NCBI GenBank assembly: GCA_963674865.2
Contig: CAXXYE010000009.1
Span: 64,001 to 128,000, forward strand
From: Candidatus Hydrogenedentota bacterium
GTDB taxonomy: Bacteria > Hydrogenedentota > Hydrogenedentia > Hydrogenedentales > SLHB01
DNA length: 64,000 nucleotides
Reading direction: 5' to 3'
Shown here: one piece after another, positions 35,835 to 46,672 of the stretch
Layout: every line of letters starts with the position of its first letter
Numbering within the stretch: the first letter of the stretch is position 1
Made by a program: the position numbers and the translations under genes
Notes under the pieces: generated by a model
The model's database searches: none
What the model was told of the DNA's origin: nothing
What the model saw: the letters and a program-made list of their open reading frames with translations, nothing else

Positions 35835-36146
35835 TTCGCTCCTGTCTCCTCGCAGCCTGGCTCGGCAGCGCGTTGCATTCCGCCCAAGTACGATGCCCAT
35901 TCTACCGAGCAGTGAGCATACGCGCACGAAAAGGAAGAGCACTAAAGGGCCGGGGGGCCAAGATGTTGATCCGGGCAATCTGCGGCTCGCGTGGAGCGCA
36001 TTTCTGTGGTACACTAAGCAACTTGCCGGCGGGTGCGGATGTGGCGAAGCAGCATCCGGCCGCCTGCTGTCTAGGGCTTTGCTCGCCGCGTAAGTTATTC
36101 CCTGTTAAGTATTTAGCCCGTAGCTAGATGGCGAAAGTGAACGACC

Positions 36147-36617
36147 TTGGAAGAGATCCGAAAGCCTCGATTGACGGAGATCGCCGACGTTAAGCGGCTC
36201 ATCGATGTAGCGTCCAAGAACGGCGCCATGCTCCCGCGACCCGTCATGGAACTCTACGAGAATGCGCGGGATTTTCATGTCTATGTGGATGAGGACGGCA
36301 TCGGCGGCTGCTGCGCACTACACATCGACACCGCCGAGCTAGCTGAGATCCGCTCATTGGCCGTGCGCGAGGATTTGCGCAAACAGGGCCTCGGCGCCAC
36401 GCTCTTATCTGCGTGTCTGGATGAGGCACGGAAGCTCGAAATTGGCCGGGTCTACGCCCTCACCCGCGTGCCCGGATTCTTCATCAAGAACGGCTTTGGG
36501 GAAATCGACAAACACGAGCTGCCTCACAAGGTCTTTAACGACTGCATTCGCTGTCCCCTATTCCCGGACTGCGACGAGGTAGCCGTCGTTCGCGATTTGG
36601 ACAACGCGCCGGAATAA
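36147..36617 (+). CDS. Short GNAT N-acetyltransferase (ArgA-like amino-acid acetyltransferase)
   Basis: LAEIRSLAV, ALTRVPGFF, LPHKVFNDCIRCP..CDE. Confidence 0.8.
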   Translation: MEEIRKPRLTEIADVKRLIDVASKNGAMLPRPVMELYENARDFHVYVDEDGIGGCCALHIDTAELAEIRSLAVREDLRKQGLGATLLSACLDEARKLEIGRVYALTRVPGFFIKNGFGEIDKHELPHKVFNDCIRCPLFPDCDEVAVVRDLDNAPE

Positions 36618-36650
36618 CCGGCTCGGCTTGAGCGGAGGATAGACAAGACT

Positions 36651-37460
36651 ATGAGCATGCGAGGTACAGTCGGATTTCTCGGATACGGCAACATGGGCAG
36701 CGCCATTCTCAAAGGACTGCTCGAAACGGGCACGGTGGCGCCGGCAAGCGCCGCCGTTTTCGACGTGGACACTGCGAAGTGCGAGCAAGCGAAGCGCTTG
36801 GGCGCTGCTGTTGCGGCCTCGCCTTCCGCATTGGCCGCATCGAGCGACGTGTTGGTCTTGGCCGTAAAACCTCAAATGATGGATGAGGCCTTGGGGCAGG
36901 CCCGTGAAGGGATTTCGCCAAAGACTCTCGTCGTCTCCATTGCCGCGGGCATATCCATCGCCTATCTACAGGAGCGGCTCGGAACCAACTGCCGCATCGT
37001 ACGCGTCATGCCGAATACGCCGGCTCTCGTCGGCGCGGGGGCGGCGGGCATCGCACTGAGTCCCAACTGCGCCCCTGACGACGGCGAAGTCGTGCGAACC
37101 ATCTTCGAAGCAGTCGGCATCGCCGTCATGGTGCCCGAGACAGCCTTGGACACAGTCACGGCGTTGAGCGGGAGCGGCCCGGCCTATTTCTTCTACGTCG
37201 TGGAATGCCTGGTGAAAGCGGCCGTGGCGCAGGGTCTTGACGAAGAGCAGGCCACCCGCTTGGCCGGCCAGACCCTCCTGGGCTCGGGGCGTTTGCTCGC
37301 CGAGTCCGGCGAGCCGGCCGGTGTCCTTCGGGAACGGGTCACCTCCAAAGGCGGCACCACCGAAGCCGCGCTCAAACGCTTTCGAGAGGACGGGCTGGAG
37401 CAGGTGCTCAAGGCGGGCGTCGACGCCGCCGCTGCGCGCTCCAAAGAACTCGGCAAGTGA
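36651..37460 (+). CDS. proC: Pyrroline-5-carboxylate reductase
   Basis: GYGNMG, LAVKPQ, RVMPNTP, SGSGPAY, VTSKGGTT. Confidence 0.96.
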   Translation: MSMRGTVGFLGYGNMGSAILKGLLETGTVAPASAAVFDVDTAKCEQAKRLGAAVAASPSALAASSDVLVLAVKPQMMDEALGQAREGISPKTLVVSIAAGISIAYLQERLGTNCRIVRVMPNTPALVGAGAAGIALSPNCAPDDGEVVRTIFEAVGIAVMVPETALDTVTALSGSGPAYFFYVVECLVKAAVAQGLDEEQATRLAGQTLLGSGRLLAESGEPAGVLRERVTSKGGTTEAALKRFREDGLEQVLKAGVDAAAARSKELGK

Positions 37461-37624
37461 ATAACTTCTTGGCTCGGTTCGTCTGGGGATGCGGACAGAA
37501 GGCCACCGAATGACGAGGACTGAGGGCTCTGGACATTGAGACGAAACGACTTACAAATGCTTTCTGGGCGCATCCCACCAGAAACCACACTTTCCGGCCA
37601 GACTTCTAGCCCGGAGCATAGCGG

Positions 37625-38212
37625 ATGCGCAAGAACAAAGTAGTACAAGAGATGTTCGGCGAAGAAGTCGCGCTGACGCCGAGCGATATCTGCAATAGGG
37701 AGTTCCGGCGCGCGGTCGTCCGGGGATACGCACCAGGCGATGTGGACCGCTTCCTCGAGCAGGTGGCGGACACGCTCGAGTCCCTAGTGAATCACGTCCG
37801 GGCCTTGCGGGAACGCGTCGAGGAGCAGAAGGGCCAAATCGAAGAGTACCGTCAGATGGAGGCCACCCTCCGCTCGGCGCTGGTTTCTTCCCAGAAGTTT
37901 GGGGAGGATGTCGTCGAATCCGCGCGGAGGCAGGCCGACGCGCTGCTCGAAGAGGCGCGGCTCAAAGGGGTCGAGGCCCTCCATCAAGCAGAGAAAATCC
38001 CCGAACAACTCAAGCAGGATATCGGCAGACTCGAGCAGCAGCGCGATCAGCTTCGACAGGAGTTGCTGGAAGTGCTCGATTTCCATAAGAGCCTGATCGA
38101 ACAGCGCCTCCCGGCCTGGGACAAGCCTTCTTCCCCGAAGGAGACCTCCGGGGCGGCGGAGCCGTCGCCGGTTCCGCACGATAACGGCCTCGATGACGAG
38201 GGCACAGGCTGA
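37625..38212 (+). CDS. DivIVA domain protein
   Basis: LTPSDI..REF....RGY...DVDRFLEQV followed by a long coiled coil. Confidence 0.88.
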   Translation: MRKNKVVQEMFGEEVALTPSDICNREFRRAVVRGYAPGDVDRFLEQVADTLESLVNHVRALRERVEEQKGQIEEYRQMEATLRSALVSSQKFGEDVVESARRQADALLEEARLKGVEALHQAEKIPEQLKQDIGRLEQQRDQLRQELLEVLDFHKSLIEQRLPAWDKPSSPKETSGAAEPSPVPHDNGLDDEGTG

Positions 38213-38955
38213 TGATCGGGGCGCTGATCCTCTTGTCGAGCGTTGCCGCGGCCGATACGTCTATCGAAGAATTCTTCACCGCCTTCAAGGAGAAGCGGGA
38301 CGCGATTCAGTTTCTTGAGGCCAGCTTCGTACAGGAAACAATCTCGCCTGAGGAGCACCGGCGCATCCAGGGAATGCTCGCATATGTCAAACCGCGCCGC
38401 ATTCTCTATCGATACTATGGCGATCCAGAGGTGGCTTATGTCGTCGACGATGACCGCTACTACGAGTACCTGTCGGACCTCAAGCAGGTCGAGATCTTCA
38501 ATGTGAAGGACCGGCCTGAAACCGAGGTGCTGCTGCTCGGTTTCGACAACGACACGCAGCGCCTCCGCAAGGACTACGATATCGCCTTCATCGATGCCGC
38601 CGATCCCAAGCAGGGCAAGACCGCCATCGAACTCCGGCCCAAGGCCGGCGCCGAGGATGCGCCTGCCTTCGAGTGGATTCGGATTAACCTCCGCGATGTT
38701 GACCTCCTGCCCTACCGAATCGAAGTAAAGAACGATCCGGAAACGCGCATGGTGTTTCAGGTGAGCCGAATCATCACCAACGATCCCGCCTCTGCCGACA
38801 AGGCGCGATTTCTCGCGCCGGAGGGGACCACGATCATTTACGCCGACGAGTCCGTGGAAACCCTCGGCCCCGGCGGCAAGTACCTGCCGCCTCCAATGAA
38901 GCCCCCCGCCCCACTCAGCACCCCGGAGGCGCTTTCGGAACCGGCCACACCGTGA
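38212..38955 (+). CDS. LolA-like outer-membrane lipoprotein carrier
   Basis: Signal peptide; ASFVQ, GMLAYVKP, YLSDLKQV, ELRPK, F.APEG pattern. Confidence 0.65.
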   Translation: MIGALILLSSVAAADTSIEEFFTAFKEKRDAIQFLEASFVQETISPEEHRRIQGMLAYVKPRRILYRYYGDPEVAYVVDDDRYYEYLSDLKQVEIFNVKDRPETEVLLLGFDNDTQRLRKDYDIAFIDAADPKQGKTAIELRPKAGAEDAPAFEWIRINLRDVDLLPYRIEVKNDPETRMVFQVSRIITNDPASADKARFLAPEGTTIIYADESVETLGPGGKYLPPPMKPPAPLSTPEALSEPATP

Positions 38956-39563
38956 GTAGTGCCCATCGCATCATTCTCGCTTCGGCATCCCCTCGCCGCA
39001 AGGCCCTCCTCGAAGCCTTGGGCCTGCGCATTGAAGTCGTCACGAGCGATGCGCCCGAGCAACTGGAGGGACCTCCCGCGGAAGTGGTCGTCGGAAACGC
39101 AGAGGCAAAGCGCGATGCCGTCTCCCCGGACTTCGACAACGCGCTCGTCATCGCGGCGGACACGCTGGTGTTTGTCGATGAACACGTCCTCGGCAAGCCA
39201 CGCGACGCGGCCGAGGCGCGCGCCATGCTCGCGCGTCTATCGGGAAGGACGCACCGCGTCCTCACCGGCCTCGCCGTGGCCGACACTTCAACGCATCGGA
39301 GCACGACGGGATATGAATCAACCGAGGTGACTTTCCGTCCGCTGACGCACGGCGAGATTGATCGCTTCGTCGAGGCAGTCCAGCCCACAGATCGCGCCGG
39401 CGCCTACACCGTGGACGGGCCGGGCAGCCTGTTGGTGGAGCGGTACAACGGCTGCTACTACAACGTCCTGGGCCTGCCCATTGTCAGGCTGGACCTCGTG
39501 CTGCGCGAGATCGGCCACTCCCTATTCGATCACTTCGACGAGGATCGCGCGATCTTCCTCTAA
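38952..39563 (+). CDS. maf: Maf/YhdE nucleotide pyrophosphatase
   Basis: ILASASPRRKALL, ADTLV, LGKP, LSGRTHRV, NVLGLP. Confidence 0.92.
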   Translation: MSSAHRIILASASPRRKALLEALGLRIEVVTSDAPEQLEGPPAEVVVGNAEAKRDAVSPDFDNALVIAADTLVFVDEHVLGKPRDAAEARAMLARLSGRTHRVLTGLAVADTSTHRSTTGYESTEVTFRPLTHGEIDRFVEAVQPTDRAGAYTVDGPGSLLVERYNGCYYNVLGLPIVRLDLVLREIGHSLFDHFDEDRAIFL

Positions 39564-39570
39564 CGGCGGT

Positions 39571-40770
39571 TTACGCCTCGCCAAGAACGTCCGCGATGGC
39601 GGTGCAAAGGCGATCCATGTTGCCTTCCGTCATACCGGCGACGTTGATTCGGCCCGATCCCACAACGTAGATAGCGTACTTCTCGCGCAGGGCCTGTACC
39701 TGCCCGGCATCCAGGCCGGAGAAGGAGAACATGCCCCTCTGGCGGGTGATGAACGAGAAGTCGCGATTAACTCCCTTGGCCTTGAGCGTCTCGACGAAGA
39801 GGTGCCGCATCCCGTTGATGCGATCGCGCATGGCCTTAACCTCGCCCTCCCAATCGGCCCGCAGCTCGGCGTCATTCAGAATGGTAGTAACGACCATGCC
39901 GCCGTGGGCGGGCGGATTAGAATAGTTCGCCCGGATGCACTTCTTCACGTGGCTGAAGGCACGCTCGGCGCCATCTTCCGAGGCGCCCACCACCGTCAAC
40001 GCCCCGACTCGCTCCCGGTACAAGCCGAAGTTCTTCGAGAACGAACTAGACGCCAGCATTTCGCCGCCGCGCGAGGCCAGCGTGCGCAGGCCGCCAGCGT
40101 CCTCATCAAGGCCGTCTCCGAAGCCTTGGTAGGCGAAGTCGACTAGCGGAATCCACTTCCGCTCTTCCATGACGTCCGCGATGGCCGTCCATTGCTCCGG
40201 CGTGGGATCCATCCCCGTTGGATTATGGCAGCAAGCGTGCAAGAGGACAACTTCCCCTTCGGGAACCTGCTTGAGGGCATCAAGCATCGGCTGGAAATCG
40301 AGACACTTGCTCTCGGCATCGTAGTAAGGATACGACGCCGTCTCCAGTCCCGCCGCCTGAAACACCTGTGCATGATTGCCCCACGTAGGATCGCTCAACC
40401 AAATGCGCTTGCTCGAGAACAGCTTGGATATGAAGTCGCCCGCAACACGCAATGCGCCGGTGCCGCCGGGACTCTGTGCCACGCGCGCCCGCCGCGAAGC
40501 CACAACCTCGCTCCCGGCACCGAACAGCAGCGACAGGACCGCCTCGGCATATTCATCCGAGCCCGCCATGCCCAAGTAGCTCTTCGTGGTCTCGTCAGTT
40601 AGGCACCGATGTTCGGCCCGCTTGACACAATGCAAGATCGGCGTCGTCCCATCCGTATCCTTGTAGACACCCACGCCGAGGTTGATCTTGTCGGGATTGG
40701 GATCTTTCTTGAATGCCTCCGTCAAACCGAGAATGCTGTCAGGCGGAGCTGGTGTGACTTGCTCAAACAT
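39571..40770 (-). CDS. aspC: Aspartate/aromatic amino acid aminotransferase (AspC/TyrB type)
   Basis: KINLGVGVYK, GGTGALR, HACCHNPTG, DFAYQGFG, SFSKNFGLY, GRINVAG. Confidence 0.9.
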   Translation of the reverse strand: MFEQVTPAPPDSILGLTEAFKKDPNPDKINLGVGVYKDTDGTTPILHCVKRAEHRCLTDETTKSYLGMAGSDEYAEAVLSLLFGAGSEVVASRRARVAQSPGGTGALRVAGDFISKLFSSKRIWLSDPTWGNHAQVFQAAGLETASYPYYDAESKCLDFQPMLDALKQVPEGEVVLLHACCHNPTGMDPTPEQWTAIADVMEERKWIPLVDFAYQGFGDGLDEDAGGLRTLASRGGEMLASSSFSKNFGLYRERVGALTVVGASEDGAERAFSHVKKCIRANYSNPPAHGGMVVTTILNDAELRADWEGEVKAMRDRINGMRHLFVETLKAKGVNRDFSFITRQRGMFSFSGLDAGQVQALREKYAIYVVGSGRINVAGMTEGNMDRLCTAIADVLGEA

Positions 40771-41047
40771 GGTGAAGTCCTTTCGCGATGCTCAACCGCT
40801 CGTCTTTGCCCAAGGAAGCCCGGCCCGGTCCGCACGGGCCGTTCAGCGCACAATAGTAGCCGATTTCGGCGCCGATGGAAAGTCCGCAAGATCGCGTTTA
40901 GCTTCCGCGCCGCTGGCTCGCCTCGACGATACGATGTACCTCGCGGCCAATGGTGCGATCTCATGTGCTAGACTCGACTGAAGCCCACAGGGGCTCAAGC
41001 TCAAGACACCTGACACGAGGGAACGGGACGAAGAAAGGGTGTTCGCG

Positions 41048-42370
41048 ATGCCGGCGGTTAACCGACGTTCTTTTCTGAAAACGGCGGCCTTGGGCGGCGG
41101 GGCATTGGCGTTCGCGTCGACGTTTTCAGCAGCGGCGACAAAGCACAAGCGGCCGAACATCGTCCTGATCATGGCCGACGACCTTGGCTATGAATGCCTA
41201 GGATGCTACGGAGCAGCCGACTACCAGACGCCGGTGCTGGACGGCCTGGCGCGGACAGGCGTCCGCTTCGAGAACTGCCACGCGCAGCCGCTGTGCACGC
41301 CTTCGCGGGCGCAGATCATGACGGGGCGCTACAACCAGCGGAACTACGAAGGCTTCGGATACCTGAATCCGAGGGAGATCACCTTCGGGAACCTGCTGCA
41401 AGACGCAGGCTACCGCACCTGCATCGCCGGGAAATGGCAGCTCTGCGGCGACGCCGCCACGGTTCGCTGCTTCGGTTTCGAGGAACACTGCCTGTGGAAC
41501 ATGCACGACTACCGTGCAGACGCTCCCAGTGCGCACGAGCCGGAGCCTTGGCGCAGGCGTTACAAGGCGCCGACGCTCTACACAAATGGAAGATGGACTG
41601 AGTATGGCCAGGACGCCTACGGCCCGGATGTGGCGTGCGATTTCCTTCTCGACTTCATGACGCGCCATCACGAGGCGCCGTTCTTCTGCTACTACCCCAT
41701 GATCCTCACCCATTCCCCTTTCGTGCCCACACCGGACAGCGCCGATCCGGCCTGCAAGGACGCAAAGCAGAACTTCGTGGACATGGTTCAGTACATGGAC
41801 AAGTGCGTGGGGAGGATCGTGGCGCATCTGGACAAGCTCGGACTGCGTGACGACACGCTCCTGCTGTTCACCGGCGACAACGGGACACACGTGTCCATTA
41901 CCTCGCAAGTGATCGGCGACAAAGCCGTCACCGGCGGCAAAGGAATGATGACTGACGCGGGCACCCACGTGCCGCTCATCGTGAATGGGCGTGGCGTGGC
42001 CCAGCCGGGCCGCGTCTGCGGCGACCTCGTCGATTTCAGCGACTTCCTGCCCACCATCGCGGGGGCAACGGGGGCGTCCGTGCCGGATGACCGCGTCATC
42101 GACGGCCGCTCATTCCTGCCGCAGTTGCGCGGCGAGAAGGGATATCCCAGGGAGTGGATCTTCTGCCATTACTGGGGCGCCCGCGGAAGAACACCGGAAG
42201 GAACACGCGAATCCGTCCGGGACACGCGCTGGAAACTTTACAACGACGGCTCATTCTACGACCTCGCCGCTGATTTGCTCGAAGAAGCGCCGCTCACCCA
42301 ACTCTCCACCGAACAACAAACCGCCAAACGCCGCCTTAAAGCCGCATTTCGCGAAGTGAGATCGAGGTAG
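41048..42370 (+). CDS. Tat-exported formylglycine-dependent sulfatase
   Basis: VNRRSFLK; PNIVLIMADDLG; CTPSRA (CxPxR); AGKW; GDNG. Confidence 0.92.
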   Translation: MPAVNRRSFLKTAALGGGALAFASTFSAAATKHKRPNIVLIMADDLGYECLGCYGAADYQTPVLDGLARTGVRFENCHAQPLCTPSRAQIMTGRYNQRNYEGFGYLNPREITFGNLLQDAGYRTCIAGKWQLCGDAATVRCFGFEEHCLWNMHDYRADAPSAHEPEPWRRRYKAPTLYTNGRWTEYGQDAYGPDVACDFLLDFMTRHHEAPFFCYYPMILTHSPFVPTPDSADPACKDAKQNFVDMVQYMDKCVGRIVAHLDKLGLRDDTLLLFTGDNGTHVSITSQVIGDKAVTGGKGMMTDAGTHVPLIVNGRGVAQPGRVCGDLVDFSDFLPTIAGATGASVPDDRVIDGRSFLPQLRGEKGYPREWIFCHYWGARGRTPEGTRESVRDTRWKLYNDGSFYDLAADLLEEAPLTQLSTEQQTAKRRLKAAFREVRSR

Positions 42371-42486
42371 TAACCAGCCTCGGATCGGCGAGAGGGTTAA
42401 CCACAATACTTGCGTCGTAGGGGGCTTTCTGCGCATCATTAGGGGTGATTGAAGACCTGGGCGACTGAAGCATCCTACGAGGAGAC

Positions 42487-44520
42487 GTGACGCGAGTGGT
42501 GCGATTACTGGCGCGAGTGGCTATTGGACTGGGCGTAACGCTCTTGGCCCTGTTCGCGCTGGTGGAGATCCTGGCGCGCGTCACGTGGCGGCTATCGGAT
42601 GCGGGGCAGCCCACACCCACGACCCAGGCCGGCGTCCCCGCCGTTGATCGCCATCCCACCCAGCCGAAGCGCCTGCATTCCGTGCGCGAATTGGCGCCGG
42701 AGGAGCGGGGCCGATTCCAGGAGGCGCCGATGCTTCGCGCCGAGGTCGAGGCCGGCGAGCTGCCGCCTGTCGCCGAGCGACTGCCCGAAAATCCCCTGGT
42801 GCTCGTGCCGTGCGATCAGTGCGGCCCCTACGGCGGCACATGGCGGCGGTACGCGACGGGCCCATCCGATATCGGCATCACGCCCTCGCGGCTCATCTAC
42901 GACGGCCTCGTCCGCTTCGGGCCGATGGGCAAGGAAGTGCTGCCCAACCTGGCCTCGCATTGGGACATCTCCGATGGCGGGCGGACATTCACGTTCCAGC
43001 TGCGCCGCGGTGTGCGATGGAGCGACGGCGTGCCGTTCACGGCCGATGACGTCGTCTTCTGGTACGAAGATATCTTCCTCGATACTGAGTTGACGCCGAC
43101 GATTGCGCGGCAGTTCCAGCGGGGCGGTGAAACGATGATCATCGAGAAGGTCGAGGATTATGCATTCCGCATCCGCTTCAAGGAGCCTTACGGGCTCTTC
43201 CTCAAGATTCTGGCGGCGGGCTTGAGCGATCCCTTGATCTCGTGTCCTGCCCATTACCTCAAGGCCTTCCATCCGAAGTACGCCCCCATCGAGAAGCTCG
43301 AGGCGATGGCGCGCGAGCGCGGCTTCGACTTCTGGTATCAGCTCTTCTATGACATCCACTCTTGGGAGAATCCCGAGCATCCCCGCCTCTGGGCCTGGAC
43401 GACCACCGCGCCGCCGCCCGCCCGGCCCGTCGTATGGACGCGCAATCCATACTATTGGAAGGTCGATCCCGAGGGGAACCAACTCCCGTACATTAATCGC
43501 ATCACCTACGAGATCTACGACGTTGAAACCATCAACCTGAAGTTTCTTAACGGGGAAGTCGGCATGCAGGGACGCCACCTGGACTTCGCCAACTACCCGC
43601 TCTTCATGGAGAACCAGGAACGAGGCAAATACCGCGTACTCCACTGGATCGACGGCGGCGACGGCAGCAACGCACTGGCCTTGAACCTGAACCACAAAGA
43701 TCCCGTCATGCGGGAGATCTTCCAGGATCGCCGTTTCCGAATCGCCCTTTCCCATGCCATCAACCGCGATGAACTGAACGAAGCCTGTTACTTTGGCATG
43801 GGGAAGCCGCGGCAGATGTGCCCGCCGGCGGCGTCCCCCTATTACTTCCCGGACTACGAGAAGGCTTACCTCACTTACGACGTGGACAAGGCCAACCGAT
43901 TGCTTGATGAAATGGGGCTCGAACGCCGGGATGCGCGCGGCTTCCGGCTCCGGCCGGACGGACGCCCGCTGCGCATCTTCATCGACGTGTCATCGGCCAT
44001 GGTATATCCGCGCCTCATTCAGCTCGTGGCGGAATACTGGAGCGCCGTCGGCGTGAACACGGAAATGAAATTGCTTGCGCGACAGCTAACCAGCGCCCGC
44101 CGCAACGCCCTCCTGCAAGACGCAACCGTGTGGTCGGGCGCGGGCGAATACCTCCCCGTGTTGGATCCCCGGTGGTTCTTCCCGCACAACGTCGGCTCCT
44201 TTCACGCCATTGGCTTCATGCGTTGGTACGTTTCGGGCGGCAAGAAAGGGGAGAAGCCGCTGCCCGACATGATGCGTTGTATCGAGCTATTTGATCGCAT
44301 CGAGGCCACGACCGACGACGAGGCGCATATCAGCCTCTTCAAAGACATTATGCGAATAAACCAGGAGAATCTGTGGGTGATCGGATTGATCGGGGAAATG
44401 CCCGCAGTCTTCGTCGTTAAAGACAACTTCCGCAACGTTCCGGAAGTCGCCGTCGCAAGTTGGGTATTCCGCACCCCAGGAAGCACGGCGCCCGAATCGT
44501 ACGCCATCGAGGAGGAATAA
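42487..44520 (+). CDS. ABC transporter substrate-binding protein, family 5 (Opp/Dpp/Nik-like)
   Basis: ELPPVAERLPENP, YGG, PNLA..W, LRRGVRWSDGVPFTADDV, RNPYYWKVD..GNQLPY; N-terminal TM anchor. Confidence 0.9.
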   Translation: MTRVVRLLARVAIGLGVTLLALFALVEILARVTWRLSDAGQPTPTTQAGVPAVDRHPTQPKRLHSVRELAPEERGRFQEAPMLRAEVEAGELPPVAERLPENPLVLVPCDQCGPYGGTWRRYATGPSDIGITPSRLIYDGLVRFGPMGKEVLPNLASHWDISDGGRTFTFQLRRGVRWSDGVPFTADDVVFWYEDIFLDTELTPTIARQFQRGGETMIIEKVEDYAFRIRFKEPYGLFLKILAAGLSDPLISCPAHYLKAFHPKYAPIEKLEAMARERGFDFWYQLFYDIHSWENPEHPRLWAWTTTAPPPARPVVWTRNPYYWKVDPEGNQLPYINRITYEIYDVETINLKFLNGEVGMQGRHLDFANYPLFMENQERGKYRVLHWIDGGDGSNALALNLNHKDPVMREIFQDRRFRIALSHAINRDELNEACYFGMGKPRQMCPPAASPYYFPDYEKAYLTYDVDKANRLLDEMGLERRDARGFRLRPDGRPLRIFIDVSSAMVYPRLIQLVAEYWSAVGVNTEMKLLARQLTSARRNALLQDATVWSGAGEYLPVLDPRWFFPHNVGSFHAIGFMRWYVSGGKKGEKPLPDMMRCIELFDRIEATTDDEAHISLFKDIMRINQENLWVIGLIGEMPAVFVVKDNFRNVPEVAVASWVFRTPGSTAPESYAIEEE

Positions 44521-44523
44521 CCT

Positions 44524-45519
44524 TTGCTCGTGCTCGTCGCCCGCCGCGTGCTCTGGATGATCCCGACGCTATTGGTGGTTTCTTTCCTCTCCTTCTCCAT
44601 CATCCAGTTGCCGCCGGGGGACTACCTCACATCGTATATCGCCGCCCTCGAAGCAACGGGCGAGACGGTGAACGAGGAACAGGTGGCCGCCCTGCGCGCC
44701 CGCTATCACCTTGACGCCCCTTTCCACGAGCAGTACTTCCAATGGCTGGGCGGCCTTTTCCACGGGGATCTCGGCATGTCCTTCGAGTGGAATAAGCCCG
44801 TGACGGGACTTATCGGAGAACGGATTTTCCTCACCGTGATCATCTCCATTATGACGCTGGCCTTCACCTGGGCGCTGGCGATCCCTATCGGCATTGTGTC
44901 CGCGGTGCGCCAGTATTCGATATGGGATTACATGTTCACGTTCCTCGGCTTTATCGGACTGGCCACGCCGGGATTTCTCCTTGCTCTGATCTTGATGTTT
45001 GTGGGATATCGCGTGTTCGGCGTCAGTACGGGGGGGCTCTTCTCCCCGGCGTATCAATCGGCCCCGTGGTCGCTGGGCAAAGTCTGCGATCTTTTGGCTC
45101 ATCTGTGGATACCCGTGATCGTCATCGGCCTATCCGGCACGGCCGGACTGATACGCGTGATGCGCGGGAACCTCCTCGACGAACTTCGGAAGCTCTACGT
45201 CGTAACGGCCCGCGCGAAGGGCGTATCGCCCATCAAGCTCATTCTGAAATACCCGGTGCGTGTCGCCGTGAATCCGATCATAAGCACCGTGGGCTGGCTG
45301 CTGCCCTCCATCGTATCGGGCTCTGTCATCGTGGCCGTCGTCCTCGGCCTGCCGACAACCGGCCCCCTCCTGCTACGGGCCTTGATGAATCAGGACATGT
45401 ACCTCGCGGGCAGCATGGTAATGATCCTCAGTACATTGACGGTGGTAGGGACGCTTATCTCGGATATTTTGCTGCTGTGGCTTGATCCGCGAATACGCTA
45501 CGAGGCGCGGAGTCGCTGA
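44524..45519 (+). CDS. ABC transporter permease (DppB/OppB-like)
   Basis: IQLPPGD, GDLGMSF, YVVTARAKG EAA region. Confidence 0.92.
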   Translation: MLVLVARRVLWMIPTLLVVSFLSFSIIQLPPGDYLTSYIAALEATGETVNEEQVAALRARYHLDAPFHEQYFQWLGGLFHGDLGMSFEWNKPVTGLIGERIFLTVIISIMTLAFTWALAIPIGIVSAVRQYSIWDYMFTFLGFIGLATPGFLLALILMFVGYRVFGVSTGGLFSPAYQSAPWSLGKVCDLLAHLWIPVIVIGLSGTAGLIRVMRGNLLDELRKLYVVTARAKGVSPIKLILKYPVRVAVNPIISTVGWLLPSIVSGSVIVAVVLGLPTTGPLLLRALMNQDMYLAGSMVMILSTLTVVGTLISDILLLWLDPRIRYEARSR

Positions 45520-45520
45520 C

Positions 45521-46651
45521 ATGGACAAAGGCCAATCACAGACTTCACACAGCGCCGACGCGGCCGCCCCGCAGCAGCTCTACGTGGCCTCACAATGGCA
45601 ATTGATGTGGCTCCAGTTCCGGAAGCACCGCCTGGCATGCCTGTCGGCCTGCCTCATTCTCACGCTCTATTTCATCGCTGTCTTCTGCGAATTCCTCGCG
45701 CCGTATCCGCTCGCGCACCGCGACATCCACCTGGCCTACGCGCCGCCGCAACGCCTCCACTTCATTGGAGAGGACGGTGTTCACCTGCGGCCCTTCGTCT
45801 ACGGCCTTTCCGCAACACGCGATCCGGAGACAATGCGCGTGCATTTCGCGGAAGACCGCTCCGCCCGCTATCCGATCCGGCTCTTCGCCCAAGGCCCATC
45901 CTACCGGCTTTGGGGACTATTCGAGACGAACAGGCATCTGCTGGGCGTGGACGAGGGCGGCTCGCTCTATCTGCTGGGAACGGATAGCCTCGGAAGGGAC
46001 CTTTTCTCCCGCATTCTCTACGGGGCGCGCATTTCACTGACGGTGGGCCTCATCGGCGTCACTTTGAGCTTCGTTTTCGGCCTCATCGTGGGCGCAGTCT
46101 CCGGCTATTACGGAGGATGGGTCGATCACCTGATCCAGCGAGGCATCGAAATCCTGCGCTCGTTCCCGTCGATCCCGCTCTGGATGGCGCTCTCCGCCGC
46201 CCTGCCCGCGACGTGGTCGCCGCTGCAGGTGTATATGGGCATCACCGTCGTGCTCTCCTTCATCGGCTGGACGGGCCTCGCCCGACAAGTGCGAGGCAAG
46301 ATCCTCGCGCTGCGGGAGGAAGACTTCGTTACCGCCGCCGCGCTGACGGGAGCAAGTGAATGGCGCATCATGATCCGGCACCTCCTGCCGTCCATCATGA
46401 GCCATATCGTCGTAGCACTGACCTTGGCCCTGCCGGGAATGATCCTCGGCGAGACAGCCCTCAGCTTCCTTGGCCTGGGACTCCGGCCGCCCATGACGAG
46501 TTGGGGCGTCTTGCTCAAGGAGGCGCAAAACGTGCAGGCCATCGCCCACTACCCGTGGCTGTTGACCCCGGCTTTGTTTGTCATACTGGCCGTGTTGGCC
46601 TTCAATTTCACCGGGGACGGTTTGCGTGATGCCGCCGACCCCTATGCGTAG
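45521..46651 (+). CDS. ABC transporter permease (DppC/OppC-like)
   Basis: LGTDSLGRDLFSR, ETALSFLGLG, SWG, GDGLRDAADP; ATG 45521. Confidence 0.92.
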   Translation: MDKGQSQTSHSADAAAPQQLYVASQWQLMWLQFRKHRLACLSACLILTLYFIAVFCEFLAPYPLAHRDIHLAYAPPQRLHFIGEDGVHLRPFVYGLSATRDPETMRVHFAEDRSARYPIRLFAQGPSYRLWGLFETNRHLLGVDEGGSLYLLGTDSLGRDLFSRILYGARISLTVGLIGVTLSFVFGLIVGAVSGYYGGWVDHLIQRGIEILRSFPSIPLWMALSAALPATWSPLQVYMGITVVLSFIGWTGLARQVRGKILALREEDFVTAAALTGASEWRIMIRHLLPSIMSHIVVALTLALPGMILGETALSFLGLGLRPPMTSWGVLLKEAQNVQAIAHYPWLLTPALFVILAVLAFNFTGDGLRDAADPYA

Positions 46652-46672
46652 CCAGGCCGAAGGAGAAATACC

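Noticed and set aside
36091..36115. Imperfect palindrome TAAGT-N15-ATTTA, with partial look-alikes near 11680 and 37529-37553
   Set aside because: The copies are too degenerate to support a shared binding site or dif-like call by eye.
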